From Candidatus Culexmicrobium cathedralense (lineage in GTDB: Archaea; Thermoproteota; Methanomethylicia; Culexarchaeales; Culexmicrobiaceae), in assembly GCA_025061115.1 (NCBI GenBank), contig JANZKC010000001.1, positions 608,001-672,000 on the forward strand: a stretch of DNA of 64,000 nt, read 5' to 3'. How positions within the stretch are numbered: position 1 is the stretch's first letter; each line of letters begins with the position of its first letter. The position numbers and the translations under genes are program-made. The notes under the pieces are model-generated. The model worked only from the letters and a program-made list of their open reading frames with translations. It did not search any database and was not told the DNA's origin. Shown piece by piece: positions 30,223 to 41,028 of this stretch.

Positions 30223-30625
30223 CATGCTAATAGCCTTTGTAAACAAATCAGACAAGCTCCATAAAGCAGCAGATAAACTCTTCCAAAGGATAATTCGAGG
30301 AGAAATCAGAAATCTTAAGGTCGCCTCATCCGCCTACCTAGAGTATGAGCTAATCCTCCGATCCAAGGGATATACTGAATTTCAAATACGCTCGGATCTA
30401 GCAGCCTTCAAAGGCATACCTAATTTGGGTGAAGCTCCACTAACTGCAGACGTGCTCCTGAAAGCCTCTGAACTACGAGAGAAATACAATCTAACATACT
30501 TTGACTCTCTTCACGGAGCAACAGCAATTCTTCTAGACGGAGAAATAATTTCTTCGGATAAAGACTATGAAAACGTGGAAGAGCTAAAATTGATAAATCC
30601 ATTAAAAATGGCAACAAGCCCGTAA
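30203..30625 (+). CDS. vapC: VapC/PIN-domain toxin
   Basis: IELDMLI, D.LH, YLEYE, LTYFDSLH.A and SSDKDY PIN motifs. Confidence 0.88.
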   Translation: MPVIELDMLIAFVNKSDKLHKAADKLFQRIIRGEIRNLKVASSAYLEYELILRSKGYTEFQIRSDLAAFKGIPNLGEAPLTADVLLKASELREKYNLTYFDSLHGATAILLDGEIISSDKDYENVEELKLINPLKMATSP

Positions 30626-30662
30626 TTATAATCACCTTGTATGGCTACGAATAGCTTAAGAT

Positions 30663-32063
30663 GTGCATGAGTTCAATTTACTTTTGGTGCTGTGGGCCGT
30701 GATAAAAGCCTTAGAAAGAATTGTAGGTAAGGAAAATGTGATTACTGATAGGAAGAAGATTGAGAACTACCTTCTAGATGAGACCCCCAGCATTATCAGA
30801 CCTAAACCTGCAGCCAAGCTAGTTCTAGTGAAGCCTGCAAGCACTAGGGAAGTCTCTGAAATATTGAAGTTCGCCAATGAAAATAAAATTCCAGTCTACC
30901 CTAGAGGCGGAGGAACAGGGCTTGCTGGAGGAGCAATCCCAACTAAAGATGGCATAATTCTCTCCCTTGAAAGAATGAATAAAATCGAGGTAGATAAGGA
31001 CAATTTAATGGCAATAGCAGAGGCAGGAGTAACCCTAGAAAAGCTGATAAAGGCAGCTGATGAAGCAGGCCTATTCTTCCCTCTACACCCAGGTGATGAA
31101 AGCGCTCAAATAGGCGGACTAATAGCAACCAATGCAGGAGGAGCAAGAGCAGTCAAGTTCGGAGTAATGAGAAACTACGTTCGAGGCCTAGAGGTGGTAC
31201 TGCCCACAGGCGAAATACTAAATCTAGGAGGAAAACTTCAAAAGAACAACGTAGGCTACGACCTAATGAACCTAATAATTGGAAGCGAGGGAACGCTGGC
31301 AGTAATAACCAAGGCGATTTTAAGGCTATACCCAAAGTACGAGGCAACAGCAACCCTAGTCATACCATTCAACAGCAGGCACGACGCACTAAGCAGCGTA
31401 CCAAAAATACTGCAAGATGGAAGAATGCCACTAGCAATAGAGTATGTCGAAAAGGACCTGATGGAGAGGACAGCCAAAATACTTGGAGAAGCATGGCCAG
31501 TTAAACAGGGAAAATATTACCTACTAATAATAGTGGCGGAGCAAAGTAGAGATCAAATGCTAAATGAAAGCCTAAGAATAGCCGAAATATGCCAGGCAAA
31601 CGGAGCCCTAGAACCGCTCTTCGCAGAGCCAAAAGATCAGCAGGAGAAACTACTGAGAATAAGGAGCAACATATACATAGCATTAAAGCCATACACGGCA
31701 GACATCCTAGACACCACGGTTCCACCGGCAAGCATAGGCAAATTCATAGATGCAGTAGATGAAATAGCAAAGAAGTACAACACATACCTACCAGCCTACG
31801 GCCACGCTGGAGATGGAAACCTACACATCCACATTATGCAGGAAGAAGGAATAGACGTAAATTACATCGACAAAATAAGAAGCGAAATCTACGAAGCAGC
31901 AGTAAAGCTGGGAGGAGTAATAACAGGAGAGCACGGCATAGGGAAAGTTAGACTATCAAGCCTCAAACGCTACGCCGACGAAAAGTACTTGGAGTTAATG
32001 ATGAAAATAAAGAGGATATTCGACCCAAATAACATCCTAAACCCCGAAACCAAAATAGCGTAA
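30663..32063 (+). CDS. FAD-linked oxidase (GlcD / D-lactate dehydrogenase type)
   Basis: PRGGGTGLAGGA, IGG.IATNAGG, GYDL..L.IGSEGTL, GHAGDGNLH, GEHGIG and FDP.NILNP motifs. Confidence 0.9.
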   Translation: MHEFNLLLVLWAVIKALERIVGKENVITDRKKIENYLLDETPSIIRPKPAAKLVLVKPASTREVSEILKFANENKIPVYPRGGGTGLAGGAIPTKDGIILSLERMNKIEVDKDNLMAIAEAGVTLEKLIKAADEAGLFFPLHPGDESAQIGGLIATNAGGARAVKFGVMRNYVRGLEVVLPTGEILNLGGKLQKNNVGYDLMNLIIGSEGTLAVITKAILRLYPKYEATATLVIPFNSRHDALSSVPKILQDGRMPLAIEYVEKDLMERTAKILGEAWPVKQGKYYLLIIVAEQSRDQMLNESLRIAEICQANGALEPLFAEPKDQQEKLLRIRSNIYIALKPYTADILDTTVPPASIGKFIDAVDEIAKKYNTYLPAYGHAGDGNLHIHIMQEEGIDVNYIDKIRSEIYEAAVKLGGVITGEHGIGKVRLSSLKRYADEKYLELMMKIKRIFDPNNILNPETKIA

Positions 32064-32285
32064 TCAAAGTAGTATCAAAGAAAAATTAAAAGCAATCTCA
32101 ACAACATCACCGCCAACTATACAGTAGACACTCCCCTTCTAACTCGGCTTCCCACCGCTCAACAACGAAGCCAATCGTATTCTTACGAGAATAAACGAAG
32201 TCTACGTTGCAGATCAAGCCAATTGCATTACAGCTACTCCCAATATTAAATGCAAAGCGGTTAAAGGCATGCAGCAACATATAAT

Positions 32286-32816
32286 ATGAAGGTGATTGGC
32301 GTGGAGAGCCTAGATCCAATTTATGCTTTAAATCAAATCCCACACCCGGTAGTGATAGTAACTGTTGGAGAGTATGGAGTTAAGGGCAAGTATAATGGAA
32401 TGACAGCTGCCTGGGTTTCAAGAGTCTCGTGGGACCCTCCACTAGTAATGGTTTCCATAAGCCCCAAGAGATTTACTTGGAAGCTAATCAACGAGTATAA
32501 GGAATTCGCAGTGAACATCGTGCCGAAAAGTTTGATTAAGCAAGCAGTGGACGTTTTCGGAAGCATGTCGGGAAGGGAAGTCGATAAATTTGAAGTTAGC
32601 GGAGTGAAGGTTGAGAAGGGGAGAAAAATCAAGGCGCCGGTAATCCTCAATGCAAGCGTAGTGATAGAGTGCACTGTGGAGAACATAGTTGAAGCTGGAG
32701 ACCACTACATAGTCATCGGAAGAGCGGTTGAAGCCTACAAAATCAGCGATGAAAAGCCAACGATATGGCACATGAGAAAGCCGTACAGCTTAGGAGAAGA
32801 AATTGAGTTGAAGTGA
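32286..32816 (+). CDS. Flavin reductase family protein
   Basis: NGMTAAW, PP, SGREVDKF and EAGDH motifs. Confidence 0.9.
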   Translation: MKVIGVESLDPIYALNQIPHPVVIVTVGEYGVKGKYNGMTAAWVSRVSWDPPLVMVSISPKRFTWKLINEYKEFAVNIVPKSLIKQAVDVFGSMSGREVDKFEVSGVKVEKGRKIKAPVILNASVVIECTVENIVEAGDHYIVIGRAVEAYKISDEKPTIWHMRKPYSLGEEIELK

Positions 32817-32842
32817 ATATCGGAGCAAGCAACACTAATAAC

Positions 32843-33235
32843 TTAATTTTCCTCATCCTTTTCCTCCTTAATTAAAACACCTCGCCTTCCACCTAGAACC
32901 TCATCCAAAATACTTCTTCTCCCACTTAGCTCAGATTTTGGAGGCTCCTCCACCCTTTCCGAGGCAACCTCCCTAATTAATGGCTTACCACCCTCAATCT
33001 CTATGATAGCGCCGGGGTAGCGCTCCTCCAATTCACGCCTTAGCTTAGCTACATCCACATCTGGGCCAGCCTTAACGCGAACCCTAGTTCCCTCAGGAGT
33101 ACTTACAACTGAAATGGAATAGCCTTCACCTAAATTGCTAATTTCCCTCTCCAACCTCCTGAAAAGCTCATCGAAATCCCCGAAAATGGAGTTGCTGAAA
33201 AACTCATCGAGCAAGCTCCTACGCTTACGCTTCAA
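32843..33235 (-). CDS. Hypothetical acidic protein
   Basis: 130-aa ORF with GAGGGG RBS; RRS(L/I)LDE motif occurs twice. Confidence 0.6.
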   Translation of the reverse strand: MKRKRRSLLDEFFSNSIFGDFDELFRRLEREISNLGEGYSISVVSTPEGTRVRVKAGPDVDVAKLRRELEERYPGAIIEIEGGKPLIREVASERVEEPPKSELSGRRSILDEVLGGRRGVLIKEEKDEEN

Positions 33236-33476
33236 TTAGCCCCCTCAAAATAATATATTCGCAGAAAACTATTAACTTAACTCTCAATCAGACGCAAAAT
33301 CTTCCGTGACGTGAATTCAGCCAGCAAGATAAATCAAGCCAATAGCATCGAATTATTTTCCAACAGCATGCCGCTTAGCTTTAATAAAGTGGACATGTAA
33401 TGGCAAGGATAAATCGCTGTGCCAATAGATGAGAAGCTTTATTTAAAAAAGAGAGGATGTTCAAATGGTGAACTAG

Positions 33477-34988
33477 TTGGAGAAGCAGGAAGTTTTCACC
33501 AATAGTGTTGTTAAGGAAATTCTAAAGAAAACAAGAGTTATATGGGCATTAAATCACGCATCCAGCTTAATGGGCTGGGACTTAAGAGTCAACATGCCTA
33601 GGGAGGGCGTAACCGAGAGAAGCATAGCATCTTCAGAAATAGCAGTTTTAACTCAAAAACTCACACTCGACCCCGAACTCATAAAACTCGTTGAGAAAGC
33701 TGAAGAAATAAGTGATGAGCTAAACGACTACGAGCGCGGAGTAGTCAGAGTTCTTAAGAGGGAAATAAAAATTGCCAAAGCACTTCCGCCAAAGCTAGTG
33801 GAGGAATACACTCGCATAACAGGTGAAGCGAGAGTCAGGTGGAGGGAAGCTAGAAGCAGGGACAACTACGAAATATTCAAGCCATACCTAGCGAAAATCA
33901 TAGAGCTAAGCAGGAAAATTGCAGAGCATCTAGGATATGAGGAGCACCCATACGACGCACTTCTAGATATGAGAGAGGAAGGATTGAGAACGAAGGATGT
34001 AGACAGCATATTCAAAGTACTTGAGCCAGGAATAAGGAAGGTTCTAGATAAAATAGCGACCCGTGGATCATATCCATCCAAGCACGAGCTAGAAGACGTG
34101 AGGTACGACGTAGAAGCAATGACAAAGCTAAACAGGGAAGTGCTAGAAGTCCTAGAATACCCACTTGGAGTTAGAGGTAGACTGGACGTTTCAACCCACC
34201 CATTCACCTCAAGCATGGGAATAAAAGACGTAAGAATAACCACGAGGTATGAGGGGTACGACTTCAAGAGAAGCTTATTCGCAGTAATCCACGAATTTGG
34301 ACACGCACTATACGCACTGCAAATAGATGAAAGATTAATGACAACCCCGATAGCTAGAGGAGCAAGCGGAGGAGTTCATGAAAGCCAGTCCAGATTCTGG
34401 GAAAACATAATTGGAAGATCAAAAACGTTCGTAGAAGCAATATACCCAATACTCGCCAAGCACTTGGAATTCGTAAAGAACTACACTCCAAGCGACATAT
34501 ACCTATACTTCAACACAGTAAAGCCAAGCCTAATAAGAGTAGATGCAGACGAAGTAACCTACAACCTACACATCCTACTGAGATTCAAGCTTGAAAAGCT
34601 AATGATAACTGGAGAAGTAAAAGTGGACGAGCTGCCGGAACTATGGAACAGCGAAATGGAGAGACTGCTAGGAGTAAAGCCGAAAACCTACAGGGAAGGG
34701 CTACTCCAAGACGTTCACTGGAGCAGCGGCCTAGCAGGATTCCCAGCATACACCCTAGGAAACATCATAGCAGCCCAAATAAAGTACCACGCAGAGAGGG
34801 AGCTAAAGGAAATCCACGACTACATCGCAGAGTTAAACCTAAAGCCAATAAGGGAGTACTTGAGAGAAAAAGTTCACAGGTGGGGAGCAACCTACCCGCC
34901 AAAAGAGCTCATCAAAAGAAACTTCAAAGAGGAAATAAACCCAACATACTTCCTAAAATACCTAGAAGAAAAATACCTACAAAAATAA
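33477..34988 (+). CDS. Thermostable carboxypeptidase, family M32
   Basis: HPF, DVRITTRY, HEFGH (HExxH), HESQSRFWEN, IRVDADE and QDVHW motifs. Confidence 0.95.
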   Translation: MEKQEVFTNSVVKEILKKTRVIWALNHASSLMGWDLRVNMPREGVTERSIASSEIAVLTQKLTLDPELIKLVEKAEEISDELNDYERGVVRVLKREIKIAKALPPKLVEEYTRITGEARVRWREARSRDNYEIFKPYLAKIIELSRKIAEHLGYEEHPYDALLDMREEGLRTKDVDSIFKVLEPGIRKVLDKIATRGSYPSKHELEDVRYDVEAMTKLNREVLEVLEYPLGVRGRLDVSTHPFTSSMGIKDVRITTRYEGYDFKRSLFAVIHEFGHALYALQIDERLMTTPIARGASGGVHESQSRFWENIIGRSKTFVEAIYPILAKHLEFVKNYTPSDIYLYFNTVKPSLIRVDADEVTYNLHILLRFKLEKLMITGEVKVDELPELWNSEMERLLGVKPKTYREGLLQDVHWSSGLAGFPAYTLGNIIAAQIKYHAERELKEIHDYIAELNLKPIREYLREKVHRWGATYPPKELIKRNFKEEINPTYFLKYLEEKYLQK

Positions 34989-35332
34989 GCATCACCTAAA
35001 ATCAAATTAACCTCCAATTTTTCTTTATTCAATCCAAAGCTTGGCAGCCCATAACATACCATTCGAAAACCACTTGAAATACAATATTTTAGTCCGTAAA
35101 CTGCACCTTCAAATAAACGCCCAACCCTTATAGGTGATAAGAGACAGCCTTCCAAAATAACCCTAACCTAAAATTAAGTTTGATCGAAAAATTCTCACAT
35201 AAGAATATTTCAGCAAGTCTAAGAGGTATGTCACGAGTAGATACCTATAGCCGAACATCATTCCAAGCACCGTGAAGCAATTTAACGTCAACAATTTTAA
35301 AATATGCAGCAATTAAATCAACGGTGGATTAA

Positions 35333-35857
35333 ATGCGATATCAAGCGAAAATGATAGCTGCAGATCCATCCAAATGCACGGGATGCAGATACTGCGAATT
35401 GTGGTGCTCCTTCACCCATGAAGGAGTCTTCAGTCCATCGCTATCAAGAATAATAGTCGTTAGGGACGACAGAATAGGTCTTGACATCCCCATCACATGC
35501 AGGATGTGCAGCCCAGCGCCGTGCGTTAATGCATGTCCAACAGGCGCATTAGTTAAAGGCGAAGAAGGCACCATAAGCATTATGGAGGAAAAATGCATTG
35601 GATGCGGCAGCTGCGCCAAAGCATGCCCATATGGAGCCATGAGAATACACCCATTAAAGGCAGTACCACTGATATGCGACCTATGCGGAGGAGGAAAACC
35701 CGCATGCATATCCAAATGCCCAACCAACGCCCTCAAACTCCAGCCCACGGGCCAAGTCAACTTGACCTGGATTGAAGAAATCTTCGATCAGGCCTACAGC
35801 TACGCACTTCAACAGCACAAAAAAGTGATGGAGAGGTGGGGAATTCATGCCAAGTAA
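35333..35857 (+). CDS. 4Fe-4S dicluster electron-transfer subunit (AOR-associated)
   Basis: Four CxxCxxC...CP-type Cys clusters; overlaps the aor start. Confidence 0.92.
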   Translation: MRYQAKMIAADPSKCTGCRYCELWCSFTHEGVFSPSLSRIIVVRDDRIGLDIPITCRMCSPAPCVNACPTGALVKGEEGTISIMEEKCIGCGSCAKACPYGAMRIHPLKAVPLICDLCGGGKPACISKCPTNALKLQPTGQVNLTWIEEIFDQAYSYALQQHKKVMERWGIHAK

Positions 35858-37745
35858 GCTCTACGGATACGCCGGGCAAATTCTAAGAATAAACTTGACC
35901 AACCGCAAAGTGAGGAAGGAAGAGCTTAGCAAGGAATTGGCGATCCAATACATCGGCGGCAGGGGATTCAATGCAAGAAGACTATATAACGAAGTGCCGA
36001 AGGGCGTGGATCCACTTGGGCCGAAGAACAAGCTCATGATAGCAACAGGCCCTATCTCGGGCACGGGCTTCCCCATTGGAGCGAGATTAAACGTCACTGC
36101 CAAATCGCCCCAAACAGGAATTCTAGGCGACTCAAATGTTGGCGGGCACTTCCCAGCTGAAATGAAGTACGCAGGCTTCGACCAAATAATAATTGAAGGA
36201 GCAAGCGATAAGCCCATTTACATACTCATAAGCGATGGAGAAGTTGAGTTCAGGGATGCAAGCAGCATATGGGGCCTAACCATATCCAAGGCATACGATG
36301 AAATAAGGAGGGAAGTAAGGGATTGGAAAGCTCAAATAGCCCTAATAGGGCCTGCAGCTGAAAACCTAGTCAAGTTCTCAGGAATATTCTTCAACGTCCA
36401 CAGGCCAGCAGCGCGCACAGGCCTAGGAGCAGTAATGGCCGCTAAAAAGCTTAAAGCAATAGTGGTTAGAGGCGAAGGCTACATCGAGGTCGCTGAGCCC
36501 AAGGAGTTCGAGGCATTCGTGGAAGAAATTGAAGAGTCAGTCTACAGCCACCCCCAATATTGGCCCAGAAGAATCATAGGAACATCAAGAATCCTGCTAG
36601 CAGCCAACAGGCTAGGCTTCCTTCCGGGAAAGCACTTCACCGCGGGAGAAGTAGACTACGCCTATGAAGTTAGCGGGGAAAAGCTTGCACTCAAATACAA
36701 CGTTAAGAGCCGCGGATGCTTCTCATGCATACTGCCGTGCGGCAGGTTCTACGTAATAGGTGAAGGGGAATTTGCAGGAACATACGGCGAGGGGCCAGAA
36801 TATGAAGCCCTAGCAGGCCTCACAGTTAGAATTGGAAATAACGACCTCAACTCAGCTCTAAAAGCCATAAGCATGATAAACGACCTAGGCATGGACGTCA
36901 TATCAACAAGTGAAGTCATAGCATGGGCAATCGAGCTATACGAGAAGGGACAGCTAAGCAGAAACGAAACCAGCGGGCTCGAACTAAATTGGGGCAACAT
37001 GAATGCAGTCCTCCAACTCATAGAAATGATAGCTTACAGGAGAGGCTTCGGAGCAGTCCTGGCAGATGGAGTAGCCAAGGCAGCGGAAAAGCTTGGAAAA
37101 GGAGCTGAAATAGCCTTCCACGTCAAAGGATTAGAAATGATACAGGCAGACCCAAGAGGGCTAAAGGGCTATGGACTGGGATTCGCAGTTGCATCAAGAG
37201 GAGCAGACCACCTCCGATCAGAACCCTTCATAGAGCTAAGCGACAACCCCGAAATAGGGAGAAAGCTATTCGGAGAGCCCGAAGCAACATTAAGGCTGGG
37301 AACACGCGGCAAGGGAAAGCTCGTAGCATACTATGAAAATTGGTGTGCAGTAATAGACGCCCTCGAAGTATGCAAAAACATAGCGGAAAACATGGAAATA
37401 CTCCCATTCGACAAGGCGGCCAAGCTAATCAACATAGTCACAGGCCTAAATCTGAGCGCAAGCGACCTTGTCAAGGTTGGCGAAAGAATAGTCAACATAG
37501 AAAGAGCGTACATAGTGAGGGAAGGCATAAGAAGGATGGACGACACCCTACCCAAAAGATTCCTAGAAGAGCCTATTAGAAGTGGGCCCTCAGCAGGCAA
37601 CGTAATAGAGCTAGATGAAATGCTCGAAGAATACTATGAAACCCGCAATTGGAACCCCAAAACAGGCATACCCACCGAAGAAAAGCTGCTGGAACTCCAA
37701 CTACACGACGTCGTAAAAGACCTCAAAAGCCACGGCATCCTATAA
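35847..37745 (+). CDS. aor: Aldehyde:ferredoxin oxidoreductase family (tungstopterin)
   Basis: GYAG.ILRINL, YIGGRG, KSPQTG, GLGAVM..KKLKA, C..C...C, GPEYE, G.D.IS and EYY..R.W...G.P motifs. Confidence 0.93.
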   Translation: MPSKLYGYAGQILRINLTNRKVRKEELSKELAIQYIGGRGFNARRLYNEVPKGVDPLGPKNKLMIATGPISGTGFPIGARLNVTAKSPQTGILGDSNVGGHFPAEMKYAGFDQIIIEGASDKPIYILISDGEVEFRDASSIWGLTISKAYDEIRREVRDWKAQIALIGPAAENLVKFSGIFFNVHRPAARTGLGAVMAAKKLKAIVVRGEGYIEVAEPKEFEAFVEEIEESVYSHPQYWPRRIIGTSRILLAANRLGFLPGKHFTAGEVDYAYEVSGEKLALKYNVKSRGCFSCILPCGRFYVIGEGEFAGTYGEGPEYEALAGLTVRIGNNDLNSALKAISMINDLGMDVISTSEVIAWAIELYEKGQLSRNETSGLELNWGNMNAVLQLIEMIAYRRGFGAVLADGVAKAAEKLGKGAEIAFHVKGLEMIQADPRGLKGYGLGFAVASRGADHLRSEPFIELSDNPEIGRKLFGEPEATLRLGTRGKGKLVAYYENWCAVIDALEVCKNIAENMEILPFDKAAKLINIVTGLNLSASDLVKVGERIVNIERAYIVREGIRRMDDTLPKRFLEEPIRSGPSAGNVIELDEMLEEYYETRNWNPKTGIPTEEKLLELQLHDVVKDLKSHGIL

Positions 37746-37882
37746 GGCGCAAAACCCGACACACCATATTGCCAGAAGTCAAGTCCATTCCAACATTACT
37801 AAGGAAACAAAATGCTTAACTTAAAAGCCTAAACCATTAAAACCTCAGCCAACATATCAAAGGACGAAAAGCAGGTGAAAAC

Positions 37883-39694
37883 ATGAAAGACGAAGTTTTT
37901 AAAATGCATGAAAATAGGCTGGAATGGCTTGAGGTCAAGCGCTTCCTAAGCATTAGGTCCTCAACAAGCCCAATCGCTTCAAAGCATGAAAAATTCATAG
38001 TTTACTTAAGCGACACAACGGGATTCAACATTCCCTGGATAACCTACGGCGATAAGGCAGACATCCTATTTCCCCATGACCATAGAGTAAACTCGATCAC
38101 GCTCAGCAGTAGAGGATTGCTCGCAACCGCTAGCGACATCAATGGAAATGAGAGGTGGCAAATCCACGTCTACGACATTAAAAGTGGAAGGCTAATTCAC
38201 GTAGCTGGAGACAACGTAAACATAAATCACCCAGGAGCTTGGAGCAGCAACGGATTAGCCATGGGCTACACCTCCAACACGAGAAACGGAGTGGACTTCG
38301 ACCCATACATTTACAGGCACGGCAAGGGAGTTCAGGGACCAATAATTGAAATGGAGGGGAGAAATCGAGTGGCAGAGTGGCTAACCGACGATCACATCAT
38401 AATAAATCATGACAACACAAACCTGGACAGCGACCTAATGCTCCTCGACTTGAAGAGAAGGAAAATAATCAACCTAACCAAGCATGAAGGAGAAGCACTA
38501 AACAGCTCGCCAATAAAGCTCGACGAAAAAACATTCATATACCTAACCAACCAAGACAGGGAGTACGTTGGAATAGCACTCTACCAAGTTGACAAGAAGT
38601 CTTGGAAGTACATATACACCGTCGAACACGACATTGAAGCAATGGACATTTCAAGCGACCGGAAGAGAGTAGCATTCACGGTGAACGTTGAGGGATTCTC
38701 AAAGCTCTACATAGCTCCAATAGACTTCTCAAAGGTAGAGGAAGTTGAAGTGCCGCCTGGAGTGATAAGCGAAGTTTCATGGGGCGAAATGGGACTGGCA
38801 TTCTCAATTTCAAGCCCAAAAATAGGAAATGAAATTTGGCTCTACAAGCTAAAGGAAAAGGCTGAGCAAATAACATACTCCCCCAAATACGGGCTAGACA
38901 TGCAGTCAATGATAATTCCAGAATGCATTAGATATGAAAGCTACGACGGAATGAAAATTCCAGCACTAATGTGGAAGCCCATTAAAGGCGAGCCGCCATA
39001 CCCAGCAGTAGTAATAATTCACGGAGGACCCGAAAGCCAGTTCAGGCCGAAGTTCCAGCCACTACCCCAAATACTAGCCAAGCTAGGATACCTAGTACTA
39101 GCGCCAAACTTCAGGGGATCAAGAGGATACGGGAAAACATTCATCCACCTAGACGACAGGGAGAGAAGGCTATCATCACTAAAGGACATTGGAAGCATAG
39201 TGGACTGGGCAGTAAGTCAAGGCTTGACGGAGTATGGAAGAGTTGCAGTTACAGGAGCATCCTACGGCGGATACGCCACTCTAATGAGCATGGCACTATA
39301 CCCAGACTACTGGAGCTGCGGAGTGGAAAGAGTCGGAATGACGAGCCTAGTAACATTCTTGAAAAACACTGGTCCATGGAGAAGAAAATATAGAATACCA
39401 GAGTATGGAGACCCGGAAAAGGACTATGAAATGCTAATTGAAATAAGCCCAATGACCCACGCAGAAAAAATAAAGGCGCCACTAATGATCATCCACGGAG
39501 AAAACGACCCAAGAGTACCAATAACGGAAGCACTCCAACTAGTGGAAAAGCTGAAGAAGCTTGGAAGAAAAGTCGAATTCATAAAGCTAGGCGACGAAGG
39601 CCACGGATTAGCCAAAATAAACAATAGAGTGAAAATACTGAGCAAAACAATAGAATTCATAATGAAGCACACCCCAACGGTGAATCGAGCATAG
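37883..39694 (+). CDS. S9 prolyl oligopeptidase / acylaminoacyl peptidase
   Basis: Beta-propeller N-domain; HGGPE, GASYGG nucleophile, HGENDPRV and DEGHG triad motifs. Confidence 0.93.
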   Translation: MKDEVFKMHENRLEWLEVKRFLSIRSSTSPIASKHEKFIVYLSDTTGFNIPWITYGDKADILFPHDHRVNSITLSSRGLLATASDINGNERWQIHVYDIKSGRLIHVAGDNVNINHPGAWSSNGLAMGYTSNTRNGVDFDPYIYRHGKGVQGPIIEMEGRNRVAEWLTDDHIIINHDNTNLDSDLMLLDLKRRKIINLTKHEGEALNSSPIKLDEKTFIYLTNQDREYVGIALYQVDKKSWKYIYTVEHDIEAMDISSDRKRVAFTVNVEGFSKLYIAPIDFSKVEEVEVPPGVISEVSWGEMGLAFSISSPKIGNEIWLYKLKEKAEQITYSPKYGLDMQSMIIPECIRYESYDGMKIPALMWKPIKGEPPYPAVVIIHGGPESQFRPKFQPLPQILAKLGYLVLAPNFRGSRGYGKTFIHLDDRERRLSSLKDIGSIVDWAVSQGLTEYGRVAVTGASYGGYATLMSMALYPDYWSCGVERVGMTSLVTFLKNTGPWRRKYRIPEYGDPEKDYEMLIEISPMTHAEKIKAPLMIIHGENDPRVPITEALQLVEKLKKLGRKVEFIKLGDEGHGLAKINNRVKILSKTIEFIMKHTPTVNRA

Positions 39695-39743
39695 CTAAGG
39701 CCAACTCAACAACCATAATTTATGAAGTAGCATGATAGGAGTG

Positions 39744-39830
39744 TACTTTAAAGTATTAGATATTAACACAAAAGCAACCCGCCTAAAAGCTACCAATTAA
39801 ACTACATACATAGTAATATCATAGTAATAT
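39744..39830. promoter_or_regulatory. Palindrome and tandem repeat upstream of orc1/cdc6
   Basis: Perfect palindrome TACTTTAAAGTA (39744-39755); tandem 11-mer CATAGTAATAT x2 (39809-39830). Confidence 0.4.
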
Positions 39831-39855
39831 AATAACTATAGATTGGTGATGAGCT

Positions 39856-41028
39856 ATCTCATCAATATTCACCAATAGGGACAGTTTATCACCAGCATAC
39901 GTCCCCGAAGTTCTCCCGCATAGGGAAGAGCAACTGAACTTCCTAAAAAGCCTACTGCGCGACTCAGTTAAGCGTAGGAGCCATTTGAGGAGCCTCCAAC
40001 TAGTAGGCAGCGTAGGAACGGGAAAAACTGCAACGGCAAAGAGGTTCGCGGAAATATTAAGGGCTGAAGCTGAGAATTGGGGGAATGAGCTAAGAACTTC
40101 ATATATCAATTTACGCAAGCACGGCCCATCGCGCTTCCTCATATTCAATGCGTTAGCCGAGCAGATCACGCCTGAACTCTCGTTTAGGGGTTATGGGCCG
40201 GAGGAAATTCTAAACGCCATAGTGAAGTACTTAAATTCAACGGGCAAGCTCGCACTAATAATAGTTGATGAAGTGGACTACCACTGCAAGCAGCACCCGA
40301 AGGAGAAGATAATTTATGACCTGACAAGGCTCGATGAAACGGCGCCAAGCGGCTACAGCAACGTAGTAGGATGCATATTCATTGCCAGAAATCCAAATTG
40401 GACTCAAATGCTAGATGAAGCAGAATTATCAAGCCTAGGTAGAATCCAAATAAGATTTCCACCCTACTCCTCAATCCAACTGAGGGACATTCTAACTCAA
40501 AGATGCAAATTAGCCTTCAAGCCAGGGGCAGTGGCAGATGAAGTAATAGAATTCATAGCTGATGTGGCAAGCAGGCCGCCAGTCAATGGAGATGCAAGAT
40601 ACGCACTAGACCTACTATTATACGCCGGAACGCTTGCAGAGCATAGGGGGTCAAGCAAAGTAACGGCCGAGCACGTTAGGCACGTCCACTCAAACCTATG
40701 CCCAACCATATCAACCGAAGACATCCAAGAGCTCCCCCACGACCTACTATACGTTTTACTGGCAATTGCAAGAACACTGAAGAGCAGCCAAACCCCATAC
40801 GTCCACATCAACGAAATCAAAAGCACATACGAAGTGATATGCGAAGTAAACAGCATCAAGCCAGTCAAAGACCTATACGAAGCAATAGACGACCTGGCAG
40901 CCAGGGAACTAATCGTAATTAGAGGATTAACTAGAATTGGAATTGCAGGAGTGTCGGCCGAAGCACTACTCCACTACCTAGACGACGTAATCAAGAGAGT
41001 TGAGGAGGCAATCAAAAGTGAACATTAG
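39856..41028 (+). CDS. cdc6: Orc1/Cdc6 family AAA+ ATPase
   Basis: In-frame N-terminus IFTNRDSLSPAYVPEVLPHREEQ lies upstream of the tracked ORF; Walker A GSVGTGKT, Walker B IIVDEVD, F.PY...QL..IL..R, GDAR.ALD and C-terminal wH domain; start codon uncertain (ATC 39856 or ATA 39865). Confidence 0.9.
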   Translation: MSSIFTNRDSLSPAYVPEVLPHREEQLNFLKSLLRDSVKRRSHLRSLQLVGSVGTGKTATAKRFAEILRAEAENWGNELRTSYINLRKHGPSRFLIFNALAEQITPELSFRGYGPEEILNAIVKYLNSTGKLALIIVDEVDYHCKQHPKEKIIYDLTRLDETAPSGYSNVVGCIFIARNPNWTQMLDEAELSSLGRIQIRFPPYSSIQLRDILTQRCKLAFKPGAVADEVIEFIADVASRPPVNGDARYALDLLLYAGTLAEHRGSSKVTAEHVRHVHSNLCPTISTEDIQELPHDLLYVLLAIARTLKSSQTPYVHINEIKSTYEVICEVNSIKPVKDLYEAIDDLAARELIVIRGLTRIGIAGVSAEALLHYLDDVIKRVEEAIKSEH

